Shown: in pieces, positions 1 through 11,534 of the stretch | How the letters are laid out: each line of letters begins with the position of its first letter | How positions within the stretch are numbered: the first letter of the stretch is position 1 | NCBI RefSeq assembly: GCF_017348835.2 | Contig: NZ_CP071375.1 | Reading direction: 5' to 3' (one strand) | Source of the DNA: Escherichia coli | Lineage (GTDB): Bacteria; Pseudomonadota; Gammaproteobacteria; Enterobacterales; Enterobacteriaceae | Length of the DNA stretch: 64,000 nt | The notes under the pieces: generated by a model | What the model saw: the letters and a program-made list of their open reading frames with translations, nothing else | Told to the model about the DNA's origin: nothing | Databases searched by the model: none | Translations under genes and position numbers: made by a program

Positions 1-1254
1 CATGGAGGGAAATTACGTATCTGGTTTGTTTATAAAGGCGTAAGAGTCAGGGAAAACCTGGGGGTTCCTGACACAGCAAAAAACAGGCGCGTTGCAGGTG
101 AGCTACGCGCCTCTGTTTGTTACGCAATAAAAACTGGTGTTTTCGACTATGCAAAACAGTTTCCCTCCTCACGCAATCTGGAAAAATTTGGTGAGACTCG
201 ACAAGATTTAACCATAAAAGAACTGGCTGAAAAATTTCTGGCACTGAAAGAAACTGAAGTCGCAAAAACATCACTCAACACATACCGTGCCGTCATCAAA
301 AATATCCTGAGCATAATCGGTGAAAAAAATCTTGCCTCATCGATTAATAAAGAAAAATTACTGGAGGTTCGTAAAGAGCTACTGACTGGATACCAGATCC
401 CCAAAAGTAACTATATTGTTACACAACCAGGGAGATCGGCTGTAACTGTAAATAATTACATGACAAATCTTAACGCCGTGTTCCAGTTTGGTGTTGATAA
501 CGGTTACCTGGCAGATAACCCGTTTAAGGGGATCTCGCCATTAAAGGAATCAAGAACCATTCCGGATCCTCTTTCGCGGGAGGAATTCATCCGTCTTATC
601 GATGCGTGCAGAAATCAGCAAGCCAAAAATTTATGGTGTGTTTCTGTTTATACTGGCGTTCGCCCTGGTGAGCTGTGTGCACTTGGATGGGAGGACATAG
701 ATCTGAAAAATGGAACAATGATGATCAGGAGAAATTTAGCAAAAGACCGTTTCACGGTACCAAAAACACAGGCGGGAACCAATCGGGTCATTCATCTTAT
801 TAAGCCAGCAATCGACGCTCTCCGGAGTCAGATGACATTAACGAGACTGAGCAAAGAGCATATCATTGATGTTCACCTCAGAGAGTATGGCAGAACAGAA
901 AAACATAAATGCACCTTTGTTTTTCAACCTGAAGTGTCAGCGAGAGTAAAAAATTATGGTGACCATTTTACCGTTGACTCAATAAGGCAGATGTGGGACG
1001 CAGCGATAAAACGTGCCGGACTCCGCCATCGAAAATCATATCAGTCGAGACATACTTATGCCTGCTGGTCGCTGACAGCTGGTGCTAATCCGGCATTTAT
1101 AGCAAACCAGATGGGCCATGCAGATGCGCAAATGGTATTTCAGGTATACGGAAAATGGATGTCTGAAAACAATAATGCACAGGTAGCTTTGTTAAATACA
1201 CAGTTAAGCGAGTTTGCCCCAACCATGCCCCATAACGAAGCAATGAAAAATTAA
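1..1254 (+). CDS. Phage-type tyrosine integrase; 5' end lies before the window. By synteny (immediately upstream of rspB) this is the position of the Qin prophage integrase in K-12
   Basis: Frame 1 is open from nt 1 to the stop at 1254; the C-terminal part has the tyrosine recombinase catalytic region (...HTYACWSL...GHADAQMVFQVYGKW) and the N-terminal part looks like an integrase arm-binding domain. Confidence 0.75.
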   Translation, partial: HGGKLRIWFVYKGVRVRENLGVPDTAKNRRVAGELRASVCYAIKTGVFDYAKQFPSSRNLEKFGETRQDLTIKELAEKFLALKETEVAKTSLNTYRAVIKNILSIIGEKNLASSINKEKLLEVRKELLTGYQIPKSNYIVTQPGRSAVTVNNYMTNLNAVFQFGVDNGYLADNPFKGISPLKESRTIPDPLSREEFIRLIDACRNQQAKNLWCVSVYTGVRPGELCALGWEDIDLKNGTMMIRRNLAKDRFTVPKTQAGTNRVIHLIKPAIDALRSQMTLTRLSKEHIIDVHLREYGRTEKHKCTFVFQPEVSARVKNYGDHFTVDSIRQMWDAAIKRAGLRHRKSYQSRHTYACWSLTAGANPAFIANQMGHADAQMVFQVYGKWMSENNNAQVALLNTQLSEFAPTMPHNEAMKN

Positions 1255-1441
1255 TTTAATATTTATCAAATAGTTGACACGTATGACTCTTGAAATCCAT
1301 AAATTCAAGCGCAGTGCCCAGCCATCCCGATACTGCTGCTTTCACCAAATCCTTAGTGCTTCTTTCGTGTTTTTCTATTGTCATAATGGTTATCTCTAAA
1401 AAAGAGGTAAGATGCGTACTACTTACTCGCAGTTATTGGTA

Positions 1442-2461
1442 TTATTCAGAAAAAGTGAGTAAGACTTTGCAGCAATGTTTTTGATCCTGTTCAAATAAAC
1501 TAATGGCATCAGCAACATGCTGGAAATCAAACGTATGGGTAATTAATTTTTCTGGTTTAATTAACCCTTTACTTAACCAGTCGATAACGACCGGAAATTT
1601 ATTTGCATTTAAGCGTGAAGAGAAAATAGAGAGTTCTTTTCCGGTAATTCCTTGCTGAATCACTTCAGACGGTTCACTGGAGAACCCCATCAATACAATA
1701 CGTGCCGCTGGAGAAGCCAGCGTTACGGCCTCTTTCAGGATAGAAGGATGACAAGCCGCATCGATAATTAATGTCGGCTTGATGCCTTTTTCAGTGAAAA
1801 TCTCGCCAAGCGGTGTCTGGCTGTTATTAATCGCCCAGTCAGCCCCGCTCTCTTTCGCTTTTTCCAGTCGTTCATCAATGCGATCGGCAACAATCACATT
1901 TTTAACGTTATAGACGCCTTTTAATACCTGAACGATCGTCAGGCCGATTGGACCGGCACCGTAAACCAGAACGGTATCATTTTCAGTCGGTTGACCATGA
2001 CCGGTTACGTTAGCCGCAATGGTAAAAGGTTCGATCATCACCGCATATTGATCGGCCACTGCTTCAGGAATTTTCCACGCATTTTTTGCCGGAACCACAG
2101 CATATTCACTGAAACCACCGTCAACGTGCACACCTAATACAGCGAGTGTCGTACAAACGTTCGGCTTACCTATAGAGCACGGATAGCAATGACCACAGCT
2201 GACCACCGGATCGACAGCAACACGTTCACCGACTCTGGTGCTTTCCACACCTTCACCCACCGCATCAATGACGCCAAAGAATTCATGTCCAATGACGCGC
2301 GGATATTTCGCAAAAGGATTATGCCCACGATAAATATGGCTATCTGAACCACAAATTCCGGCAAGTTTTACTTTTACTCGTACTTCACCCGCTGACGGGG
2401 TGGGTATTTCACGTTCGACAATCGCCAGTTGATTCGGTTTTTCAATTAATATGCTTTTCAT
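1442..2461 (-). CDS. rspB: Starvation-sensing protein RspB, Zn-dependent alcohol dehydrogenase family
   Basis: Translation starts MKSILIEKPNQLAIV and has the GHEFFG and Cys-rich Zn motifs; length and position match K-12 rspB. Confidence 0.9.
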   Translation of the reverse strand: MKSILIEKPNQLAIVEREIPTPSAGEVRVKVKLAGICGSDSHIYRGHNPFAKYPRVIGHEFFGVIDAVGEGVESTRVGERVAVDPVVSCGHCYPCSIGKPNVCTTLAVLGVHVDGGFSEYAVVPAKNAWKIPEAVADQYAVMIEPFTIAANVTGHGQPTENDTVLVYGAGPIGLTIVQVLKGVYNVKNVIVADRIDERLEKAKESGADWAINNSQTPLGEIFTEKGIKPTLIIDAACHPSILKEAVTLASPAARIVLMGFSSEPSEVIQQGITGKELSIFSSRLNANKFPVVIDWLSKGLIKPEKLITHTFDFQHVADAISLFEQDQKHCCKVLLTFSE

Positions 2462-2472
2462 TATCTTACTCC

Positions 2473-3687
2473 TTACCAGTTCCACAGCGTGCCATCTTCC
2501 AGACGTGCGACTGGCAGATAAGCAGGTTCATAGGGATATTTCGCCGCCAGCTTTTCATCGAATTCGATGCCAAGACCCGGTTTGTCTCCCGGATGCATAT
2601 AGCCGTTATCGAAAGTCCAGTTGTGCGGGAAGACTTCGAGCATTTGTTCGGAATAACCCATGTATTCCTGGACACCGAAATTGGGGACCCACAGATCAAA
2701 GTGCAGCGCCGCAGCCATGCAGACTGGTGACAAATCGGAAGGACCGTGTGAGCCAGTACGTACCTGATACAGCGAAGCAAAATCGGCAATCCGGCGCATA
2801 CCGGTAATTCCGCCTGCATGGGTCAGCGTGGTGCGGATATAATCGATAAGTTGCTCTTCAATCAGTTGCTTGCAGTCCCAGATGCTGTTGAAGACTTCAC
2901 CCACTGCGATGGGTGTGACGGTATGTTGGCGAATGAGACGGAAGCATTCCTGGTTTTCCGCAGGCGTCGGGTCTTCCATCCAGAACATGCGATAATCTTC
3001 AATGCTTTTACCAAAGCGCGCCGCTTCAATAGGCGTTAAGCGATGGTGCATGTCATGCAGCAAATGTTCATTAAAACCAAACTTGTTACGTACCGCGTCA
3101 AACAATTTCGGCATGAAATCGAGGTATTTCTCCGTCGACCACAGCTGCTCTTCCGGCCACTGTCCTTTGGTTGCGGGTTCATAAGCCAGACCTTTACCTT
3201 TCGACATGCCGTAGGTGGTTTTCATACCAGGGATTCCGCACTGCACGCGGATGGCTTTGAATCCAAGCTCCTGATGACGGGCATAATCATCCAGAGCTTC
3301 ATCAATACTGTGACCGGTGGTATGGCAATAAACCATCCCCCCTTCACGAGACGCGCCGCCGAGTAACTGGTAAAGCGGCATGTTGGCAGCTTTGGCTTTA
3401 ATATCCCACAGCGCCATATCAACCGCTGAAATGGCCGACATCGTAACCGGACCGCGACGCCAGTAAGCACCTTTATAGAAAAACTGCCAGATATCTTCGA
3501 TACGGTGCGCATCGCGACCAATAAGCTGCGGACAAAGGTGATCCTGCAAATAAGAGGCCACGGAAAGCTCACGTCCATTGAGGGTGGCATCCCCAAGGCC
3601 CGTAATACCGTCCTCAGTGGTGATTTTTAATGTGACGAAATTACGTCCCGGACAGGTAACAAAAACTTCAGCCTTTACGATCTTCAT
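2473..3687 (-). CDS. rspA: RspA, enolase-superfamily mannonate/altronate dehydratase-like protein
   Basis: Translation starts [27 protein letters not shown]; overlaps the rspB start as in the rspAB operon. Confidence 0.9.
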   Translation of the reverse strand: MKIVKAEVFVTCPGRNFVTLKITTEDGITGLGDATLNGRELSVASYLQDHLCPQLIGRDAHRIEDIWQFFYKGAYWRRGPVTMSAISAVDMALWDIKAKAANMPLYQLLGGASREGGMVYCHTTGHSIDEALDDYARHQELGFKAIRVQCGIPGMKTTYGMSKGKGLAYEPATKGQWPEEQLWSTEKYLDFMPKLFDAVRNKFGFNEHLLHDMHHRLTPIEAARFGKSIEDYRMFWMEDPTPAENQECFRLIRQHTVTPIAVGEVFNSIWDCKQLIEEQLIDYIRTTLTHAGGITGMRRIADFASLYQVRTGSHGPSDLSPVCMAAALHFDLWVPNFGVQEYMGYSEQMLEVFPHNWTFDNGYMHPGDKPGLGIEFDEKLAAKYPYEPAYLPVARLEDGTLWNW

Positions 3688-3892
3688 GTTCGATTCCTTG
3701 CATCGCTTGTCGTGATGCATGAAATCTACGCAACTGAGCTACTACCATACAAGTATGAAGATCGAAAAAAGCCGGAGTGATCGCAAAAAAAGGCGTATAT
3801 TTGCGCTGTGAATGGTTGACAAAAGATGAAATAGAATACCTTTTGTCAGCTGACACTTCCTCGTATCTTATTGATAAAATGGATTTATGTTC

Positions 3893-4219
3893 CTACGTGC
3901 GCCCCCAGCCCGCAACAATGATCAACATGCCGCAAAGCGCAATCAACGCCCCCGTCCAGTCATAAAGAGTCAGTTTCACGCCATCCACAACGCGCAGCCA
4001 AATCAACGCAGTGCAGACATAAACGCCACCATAAGCCGCGTAAACACGCCCACTCGCCGCAGGATGCAACGTTAACAACCAGACAAACAGCGCCAGTGAA
4101 ATTCCCGCCGGAAGCAACAGCCAGATACTGGCGTTTCGTTTTAACCACAACCAGGGCAGAAAGCATCCAATAATTTCACACAGCGCAGTAGCAAAAAATA
4201 GTAACGTTGTTTTAATCAT
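3893..4219 (-). CDS. ynfA: UPF0060 family inner-membrane protein YnfA
   Basis: 108-aa hydrophobic ORF at the syntenic position. Confidence 0.8.
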   Translation of the reverse strand: MIKTTLLFFATALCEIIGCFLPWLWLKRNASIWLLLPAGISLALFVWLLTLHPAASGRVYAAYGGVYVCTALIWLRVVDGVKLTLYDWTGALIALCGMLIIVAGWGRT

Positions 4220-4353
4220 CTTTGTCTCTTATTGACATCATGTATAGTTATAGGGCGACATAATATCATCAATATAAACACCCTCCTGGTACGTTTTGCG
4301 TTCGCAGTGGATGGTGTAGAATCACCTTTAATCATTCATACAGGGAATGAATT

Positions 4354-4695
4354 ATGAAAATCACTCTCAGCAAACGAATCGGCCTGCTCGCTTTTCTGCT
4401 GCCTTGCGCACTGGCATTGAGCACAACTGTTCATGCCGAAACTAACAAACTGGTGATTGAGTCTGGCGACAGTGCACAAAGCCGCCAGCACGCCGCTATG
4501 GAAAAAGAGCAATGGAATGACACGCGCAATCTGCGCCAGAAAGTGAATAAACGCACTGAAAAAGAGTGGGATAAAGCCGACGCCGCTTTTGATAACCGCG
4601 ATAAATGTGAGCAAAGCGCCAACATCAATGCCTACTGGGAGCCCAATACTTTGCGCTGCCTGGACCGTCGAACTGGCCGCGTTATTACCCCCTAA
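4354..4695 (+). CDS. ynfB: Secreted protein YnfB (UPF0482)
   Basis: 113-aa ORF with an N-terminal signal peptide ([28 protein letters not shown]). Confidence 0.8.
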
Positions 4696-4729
4696 CCTGT
4701 TATTGATTTAAGGAATGTAAGGACACGTT

Positions 4730-5290
4730 ATGCCAAGCGCCCACAGTGTTAAGCTACGCCCGCTGGAGCGTGAAGATTTACGCTATGTACATCAACTCGA
4801 CAATAACGCCAGTGTGATGCGTTACTGGTTTGAGGAACCCTACGAAGCCTTTGTTGAACTCTCTGATCTGTATGATAAGCATATTCACGATCAGAGCGAA
4901 CGGCGCTTTGTGGTGGAATGTGACGGCGAAAAAGCCGGTCTGGTGGAGCTGGTGGAAATTAACCATGTTCATCGCCGCGCAGAATTTCAGATAATTATCT
5001 CCCCGGAGTATCAGGGGAAAGGTCTGGCAACCCGTGCCGCCAAATTAGCAATGGACTATGGCTTCACCGTTCTCAATCTCTATAAGCTGTATCTGATCGT
5101 TGATAAAGAGAATGAAAAAGCGATTCACATTTACCGCAAGCTTGGCTTTTCGGTTGAAGGTGAATTGATGCACGAGTTCTTTATTAATGGTCAATATCGT
5201 AATGCCATTCGCATGTGTATATTCCAGCATCAGTATCTGGCAGAGCACAAAACACCGGGTCAGACTCTCCTGAAGCCGACCGCACAATAG
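4730..5290 (+). CDS. speG: Spermidine N1-acetyltransferase
   Basis: 186-aa GNAT-family ORF at the syntenic position. Confidence 0.9.
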   Translation: MPSAHSVKLRPLEREDLRYVHQLDNNASVMRYWFEEPYEAFVELSDLYDKHIHDQSERRFVVECDGEKAGLVELVEINHVHRRAEFQIIISPEYQGKGLATRAAKLAMDYGFTVLNLYKLYLIVDKENEKAIHIYRKLGFSVEGELMHEFFINGQYRNAIRMCIFQHQYLAEHKTPGQTLLKPTAQ

Positions 5291-5292
5291 CA

Positions 5293-6003
5293 TTAATAAT
5301 AATCGATTGTATTTTTGATGGTGTAAACCCGTTCAACGGCGGGTTTTACTCCTTCATCAACAATGATCAGCTGACAGTCCACCGGATTGGCGTGACTGTC
5401 ATATTCACAGCTCTGTTTTACATTACCAACTCGTTGATTATTCAGTAAAGTAACCGCTGTGTAATCTAATTTTTTGATCGGGTCCGTTGATGGCGTGGCG
5501 CTGACAGATAATGTTTTGTCGTTACTTTTCGTGGTTTTACCCAGTGGATAACCCTGATCATCATAGCGATATTCCATCTGCATTTGTTTGCTGCTGGCTT
5601 TAATCACGAAGCCATTATCATCGGTTTCCCAACTCACCCCGGCAGAAGGTAATTCTGCTAGCTGGCATTTTCCCTGTAAACGTACTCTCTTCTCCAGCGT
5701 CTCGGCATCACGGTAATAATTGGCGTCCAGTACCAGAGCGACCACGGTATTATTTTCCAGATCCAGTAATTCGAGTGAATCAAAACAGCCTTCTTCCGAC
5801 AAAGTCCCCGAAACACGTTTCGTCACTTCACCTTGCTCATCCATTAATGTCTGAGTGAAATCTTTTACCGGACCACGCAGCGGATCAAAATCGAATTCAT
5901 TAGAGAAACTGGCCATCTCAGGAGTAAATGAAAGTGTTACCTCTGTGCGGTCACATCCTGTGAGGAATATCGCGAGTAAGCATGGTAGTAATTTGTATTT
6001 CAC
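5293..6003 (-). CDS. ynfC: Lipoprotein YnfC (UPF0257)
   Basis: Lipobox LLPCLLAIFLTGC near the N-terminus; a GTG start at 6003 gives the K-12 length of 236 aa. Confidence 0.75.
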   Translation of the reverse strand: MKYKLLPCLLAIFLTGCDRTEVTLSFTPEMASFSNEFDFDPLRGPVKDFTQTLMDEQGEVTKRVSGTLSEEGCFDSLELLDLENNTVVALVLDANYYRDAETLEKRVRLQGKCQLAELPSAGVSWETDDNGFVIKASSKQMQMEYRYDDQGYPLGKTTKSNDKTLSVSATPSTDPIKKLDYTAVTLLNNQRVGNVKQSCEYDSHANPVDCQLIIVDEGVKPAVERVYTIKNTIDYY

Positions 6004-6110
6004 AACAGTCACCAGAGAGTAGAGATGATTCTCAATCATAGTAGCAAATACAGTACTTTACACGTTAAATGCTATGCTTAAAGAAGTTATCTTCGCGTAA
6101 GGAGCTTATG

Positions 6111-6416
6111 ATGAAACTCTCAACCTGCTGTGCCGCGCTTCTGCTCGCCCTCGCCTCACCCGCGGTACTTGCCGCGCCGGGATCCTGTGAGCGCATACAG
6201 AGCGATATATCACAGCGCATTATCAATAATGGCGTACCCGAAAGCAGCTTCACGTTAAGTATTGTACCCAATGACCAGGTTGATCAGCCTGATTCCCAGG
6301 TCGTCGGGCATTGTGCTAATGATACGCATAAAATTCTCTACACCCGCACCACCAGCGGTAACGTCTCTGCTCCCGCGCAGTCTACCCAGGATGGCGCGCC
6401 TGCCGAACCGCAGTAA
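6111..6416 (+). CDS. ynfD: Secreted protein YnfD (DUF1161)
   Basis: MKLSTCCAALLLALASPAVLA signal peptide; 101 aa. Confidence 0.8.
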   Translation: MKLSTCCAALLLALASPAVLAAPGSCERIQSDISQRIINNGVPESSFTLSIVPNDQVDQPDSQVVGHCANDTHKILYTRTTSGNVSAPAQSTQDGAPAEPQ

Positions 6417-6614
6417 CACATTATCGACTGAACGCCGGATATGACACATCCGGCGATTTGAACATACAACATAATCCCACCATATTACTCATACCCTTCT
6501 ATTGATGTGGATTAATAATTCTTAACCCAAAATGGGTAGACTCCCTCTATTGTTAGCGCGCTAAATATTCAATATATAAACATTTATATAACGATAAAGA
6601 ACAGGGAGTGAGTT

Positions 6615-9041
6615 ATGTCCAAAAATGAACGAATGGTGGGCATCAGCCGCAGAACACTCGTTAAATCTACCGCGATAGGTTCTCTGGCGCTGGCTGCAGG
6701 CGGTTTTTCTTTGCCGTTTACCCTGCGCAGTGCAGCAGCAGCGGTACAACAGGCCCGCGAAAAAGTGGTCTGGGGTGCCTGTTCCGTCAACTGTGGTAGC
6801 CGCTGTGCACTTCGTCTACATGTTAAAGATAATGAAGTGACCTGGGTGGAAACTGACAATACCGGCAGCGATGAGTACGGCAACCATCAGGTACGCGCCT
6901 GTTTGCGCGGTCGCTCCATCCGCCGGCGTATTAATCATCCCGATCGCTTGAATTACCCAATGAAACGCGTGGGTAAACGCGGTGAAGGCAAATTCGAACG
7001 GATTAGCTGGGATGAAGCCCTGGATACTATCGCCAGTAGCCTGAAGAAAACCGTCGAACAATATGGCAATGAGGCTGTATATATTCAGTACTCTTCGGGG
7101 ATCGTTGGCGGCAATATGACCCGCTCTTCGCCATCAGCCTCGGCGGTCAAACGCCTGATGAACTGCTACGGCGGTTCACTCAATCAGTATGGTTCCTACA
7201 GCACCGCACAAATTTCCTGTGCCATGCCCTACACCTACGGCAGTAATGATGGCAACAGCACCACGGATATTGAAAACAGCAAGCTGGTCGTGATGTTTGG
7301 TAACAACCCGGCAGAAACCCGCATGAGCGGCGGTGGCATCACTTATCTTCTTGAAAAAGCGCGCGAGAAATCGAACGCCAAAATGATTGTTATCGATCCG
7401 CGATATACCGATACGGCTGCTGGTCGTGAAGATGAATGGCTTCCTATTCGCCCGGGCACCGATGCCGCGCTGGTTGCGGGGATTGCCTGGGTATTGATTA
7501 ACGAAAATCTCGTTGATCAACCTTTTCTCGATAAATACTGCGTCGGCTATGACGAAAAAACCTTACCCGCAGATGCACCCAAAAATGGTCACTATAAAGC
7601 CTATATTCTTGGTGAAGGTGACGATAAAACAGCGAAAACGCCGCAGTGGGCTTCGCAAATTACCGGTATCCCGGTGGACCGTATCATCAAACTGGCGCGT
7701 GAAATTGGCACAGCAAAACCCGCTTATATCTGCCAGGGCTGGGGGCCGCAACGCCAGGCAAACGGCGAGCTGACTGCACGCGCTATTGCTATGTTGCCTA
7801 TTTTGACGGGCAATGTCGGCATCAGCGGCGGAAATAGTGGCGCGCGTGAGTCGACCTATACCATTACCATAGAGCGACTGCCGGTGCTGGATAATCCGGT
7901 CAAAACGTCAATTTCCTGCTTCAGCTGGACAGATGCTATCGATCATGGTCCGCAAATGACGGCAATCCGCGACGGCGTCCGCGGCAAAGATAAACTGGAT
8001 GTACCCATTAAGTTCATCTGGAACTACGCGGGAAATACCCTGGTTAATCAGCATTCTGACATCAACAAAACGCATGAAATTCTGCAAGACGAATCGAAAT
8101 GCGAAATGATTGTGGTCATCGAAAACTTTATGACCTCATCGGCAAAATATGCCGACATTCTGCTGCCAGACCTGATGACCGTTGAGCAGGAAGATATTAT
8201 TCCTAACGACTACGCCGGTAACATGGGATATCTCATTTTCCTCCAGCCAGTCACCAGCGAAAAATTCGAACGTAAACCGATTTACTGGATCCTGAGTGAA
8301 GTCGCGAAACGTCTTGGACCTGACGTCTATCAAAAGTTCACTGAAGGTCGCACGCAGGAACAATGGTTACAACATCTGTACGCCAAAATGCTTGCCAAAG
8401 ATCCGGCGTTACCATCTTACGACGAACTGAAAAAAATGGGTATCTATAAGCGTAAAGATCCCAATGGTCATTTTGTCGCCTACAAAGCATTTCGTGACGA
8501 CCCCGAGGCAAATCCACTTAAAACACCTTCCGGTAAGATTGAAATTTATTCCAGCAGGCTGGCGGAAATTGCCCGTACCTGGGAACTGGAAAAAGATGAA
8601 GTGATAAGCCCACTGCCAGTTTATGCCTCTACCTTTGAAGGCTGGGACTCACCTGAACGTAGAACCTTCCCACTGCAACTGTTTGGTTTCCATTACAAAT
8701 CCCGTACTCACTCGACCTACGGCAACATTGATGTCCTGAAAGCAGCCTGCCGTCAGGAGGTGTGGATCAACCCTATAGATGCACAGAAACGTGGGATTGC
8801 CAACGGCGATATGGTGCGGGTGTTTAACCATCGTGGCGAAGTTCGGCTACCAGCCAAAGTGACACCACGTATTCTCCCTGGAGTTAGCGCTATGGGCCAG
8901 GGAGCCTGGCACGAGGCCAATATGTCTGGCGATAAAATCGACCATGGAGGCTGTGTGAATACGCTAACCACTCTGCGCCCTTCACCACTGGCGAAGGGAA
9001 ACCCGCAGCACACGAATCTGGTCGAGATCGAAAAAATATAA
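6615..9041 (+). CDS. ynfE: Tat-exported molybdopterin oxidoreductase catalytic subunit, DMSO reductase (DmsA) paralog YnfE
   Basis: 808 aa; twin-arginine signal (SRRTLVKS), Cys cluster CSVNCGSRC, molybdopterin oxidoreductase motifs. Confidence 0.9.
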   Translation: MSKNERMVGISRRTLVKSTAIGSLALAAGGFSLPFTLRSAAAAVQQAREKVVWGACSVNCGSRCALRLHVKDNEVTWVETDNTGSDEYGNHQVRACLRGRSIRRRINHPDRLNYPMKRVGKRGEGKFERISWDEALDTIASSLKKTVEQYGNEAVYIQYSSGIVGGNMTRSSPSASAVKRLMNCYGGSLNQYGSYSTAQISCAMPYTYGSNDGNSTTDIENSKLVVMFGNNPAETRMSGGGITYLLEKAREKSNAKMIVIDPRYTDTAAGREDEWLPIRPGTDAALVAGIAWVLINENLVDQPFLDKYCVGYDEKTLPADAPKNGHYKAYILGEGDDKTAKTPQWASQITGIPVDRIIKLAREIGTAKPAYICQGWGPQRQANGELTARAIAMLPILTGNVGISGGNSGARESTYTITIERLPVLDNPVKTSISCFSWTDAIDHGPQMTAIRDGVRGKDKLDVPIKFIWNYAGNTLVNQHSDINKTHEILQDESKCEMIVVIENFMTSSAKYADILLPDLMTVEQEDIIPNDYAGNMGYLIFLQPVTSEKFERKPIYWILSEVAKRLGPDVYQKFTEGRTQEQWLQHLYAKMLAKDPALPSYDELKKMGIYKRKDPNGHFVAYKAFRDDPEANPLKTPSGKIEIYSSRLAEIARTWELEKDEVISPLPVYASTFEGWDSPERRTFPLQLFGFHYKSRTHSTYGNIDVLKAACRQEVWINPIDAQKRGIANGDMVRVFNHRGEVRLPAKVTPRILPGVSAMGQGAWHEANMSGDKIDHGGCVNTLTTLRPSPLAKGNPQHTNLVEIEKI

Positions 9042-9098
9042 CCCACGACAACCATAAATTCTGGCATGACATTTTGTTTGAAAAGCAATAAGTGAGTA

Positions 9099-11524
9099 AT
9101 GATGAAAATCCATACCACAGAGGCGCTCATGAAGGCTGAAATCAGCCGTAGAAGTCTGATGAAAACCTCCGCACTTGGCAGTCTTGCGCTGGCAAGCAGT
9201 GCTTTCACTCTGCCATTTTCCCAAATGGTCCGGGCGGCAGAGGCTCCGGTAGAAGAGAAAGCGGTCTGGAGTTCCTGCACCGTTAACTGCGGGAGCCGCT
9301 GTCTGTTACGTTTGCATGTGAAAGATGACACCGTGTACTGGGTGGAGTCTGATACGACAGGTGACGACGTCTACGGTAATCATCAGGTTCGAGCGTGTTT
9401 ACGCGGTCGCTCTATCCGCCGACGGATGAATCATCCTGATAGGTTGAAATATCCCATGAAGCGCGTCGGCAAGCGCGGTGAAGGTAAATTTGAACGGATA
9501 AGTTGGAACGAAGCCCTGGATACCATCAGTGATAATCTTCGGCGGATCCTAAAAGATTACGGCAATGAGGCTGTACATGTCCTGTACGGAACAGGTGTAG
9601 ATGGCGGAAACATCACCAACTCAAACGTCCCGTACCGTCTGATGAACTCTTGCGGTGGTTTTCTCAGTCGCTATGGCAGCTACAGTACCGCACAGATCAG
9701 TGCCGCATGAGTTATATGTTCGGTGCCAATGATGGCAACAGCCCGGATGATATCGCCAATACGAAACTGGTCGTTATGTTCGGAAATAACCCGGCAGAAA
9801 CACGGATGAGCGGCGGTGGTGTCACTTACTACGTCGAGCAAGCCCGCGAACGTTCAAACGCACGCATGATCGTCATCGATCCACGTTATAACGACACAGC
9901 TGCCGGGCGTGAAGATGAATGGCTGCCCATTCGCCCTGGCACCGATGGCGCACTGGCCTGTGCGATTGCCTGGGTACTGATTACTGAAAACATGGTCGAA
10001 CAGCCATTTCTCGACAAATATTGTGTTGGTTATGATGAAAAAACGCTGCCCGCCAACGCACCACGTAACGCGCATTATAAAGCCTATATTCTGGGCGAAG
10101 GGCCTGACGGCATAGCTAAAACGCCGGAATGGGCAGCAAAAATCACCAGCATCCCGGCAGAAAAAATTATCCAGTTGGCGCGAGAGATCGGTTCAGCAAA
10201 ACCTGCTTATATTTGTCAGGGTTGGGGGCCACAACGACACTCCAACGGCGAACAAACATCCCGCGCTATTGCCATGCTTTCCGTTCTCACCGGTAACGTC
10301 GGCATAAACGGCGGCAACTCAGGCGTACGCGAAGGTAGCTGGGATCTGGGGGTAGAATGGTTTCCGATGCTCGAGAATCCTGTTAAAACGCAGATTTCCG
10401 TCTTTACATGGACAGATGCCATCGACCATGGTAAGGAAATGACCGCGACCCGTGATGGTGTTCGTGGAAAAGAAAAACTGGATGTCCCCATCAAGTTTTT
10501 ATGGTGCTACGCCAGTAACACATTGATCAATCAACATGGTGACATCAATCACACCCATGAGGTGCTTCAGGATGACAGCAAGTGCGAGATGATTGTTGGC
10601 ATTGACCACTTCATGACTGCCTCGGCTAAGTATTGCGATATCCTGTTGCCCGACCTGATGCCAACAGAGCAAGAAGACCTTATCTCTCATGAATCTGCCG
10701 GGAATATGGGCTATGTGATCCTCGCCCAACCCGCAACCTCAGCAAAATTTGAACGCAAACCCATCTACTGGATGCTGAGTGAAGTCGCCAAACGCTTAGG
10801 ACCGGACGTTTATCAAACCTTTACTGAAGGTCGCAGTCAGCATGAATGGATCAAATATCTCCATGCGAAAACGAAGGAACGTAACCCTGAGATGCCCGAC
10901 TACGAGGAGATGAAAACAACCGGGATCTTTAAGAAAAAATGCCCGGAAGAACACTACGTCGCTTTCCGCGCATTCCGTGAAGATCCACAGGCAAACCCGT
11001 TGAAAACACCTTCGGGGAAAATCGAAATTTATTCTGAACGACTGGCGAAGATTGCAGATACCTGGGAATTGAACAAAGATGAAATTATTCATCCCCTTCC
11101 TGCGTATACCCCAGGTTTTGATGGCTGGGACGATCCCCTGCGGAAAACCTATCCACTGCAGTTAACGGGCTTCCACTACAAAGCGCGTACCCACTCCAGC
11201 TACGGCAATATTGATGTGTTACAGCAGGCCTGCCCACAAGAGGTGTGGATCAACCCCATTGATGCTCAGGCTCGCGGTATCCGTCATGGCGATACCGTAC
11301 GGGTATTTAACAATAATGGAGAAATGCTGATTGCCGCAAAAGTGACTCCGCGTATTCTGCCTGGCGTTACCGCCATCGGGCAAGGTGCGTGGCTTAAAGC
11401 AGATATGTTTGGTGACCGGGTCGATCACGGCGGCAGTATCAATATTCTGACCTCTCACCGCCCTTCACCGCTGGCAAAGGGAAACCCGTCGCACAGCAAT
11501 CTTGTCCAGATCGAAAAGGTTTAA
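9099..11524 (+). pseudogene. ynfF: DmsA-paralog YnfF, apparently frameshifted: the reading frame breaks near 9700 (...TAQISAA* then MSYMFGANDG in the +1 frame)
   Basis: Two ORFs (9099..9710 and 9650..11524) together cover a full-length YnfE paralog; a single missing base around 9705..9708 would restore one 807-aa frame. Confidence 0.6.
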
Positions 11525-11534
11525 GGAGTAGCCC

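Noticed and set aside
6615-11524. ynfE and ynfF considered as a recent tandem duplication or assembly artefact
   Set aside because: The two genes are diverged paralogs, clearly different in DNA sequence, with the arrangement expected for the ynfEFGH operon.
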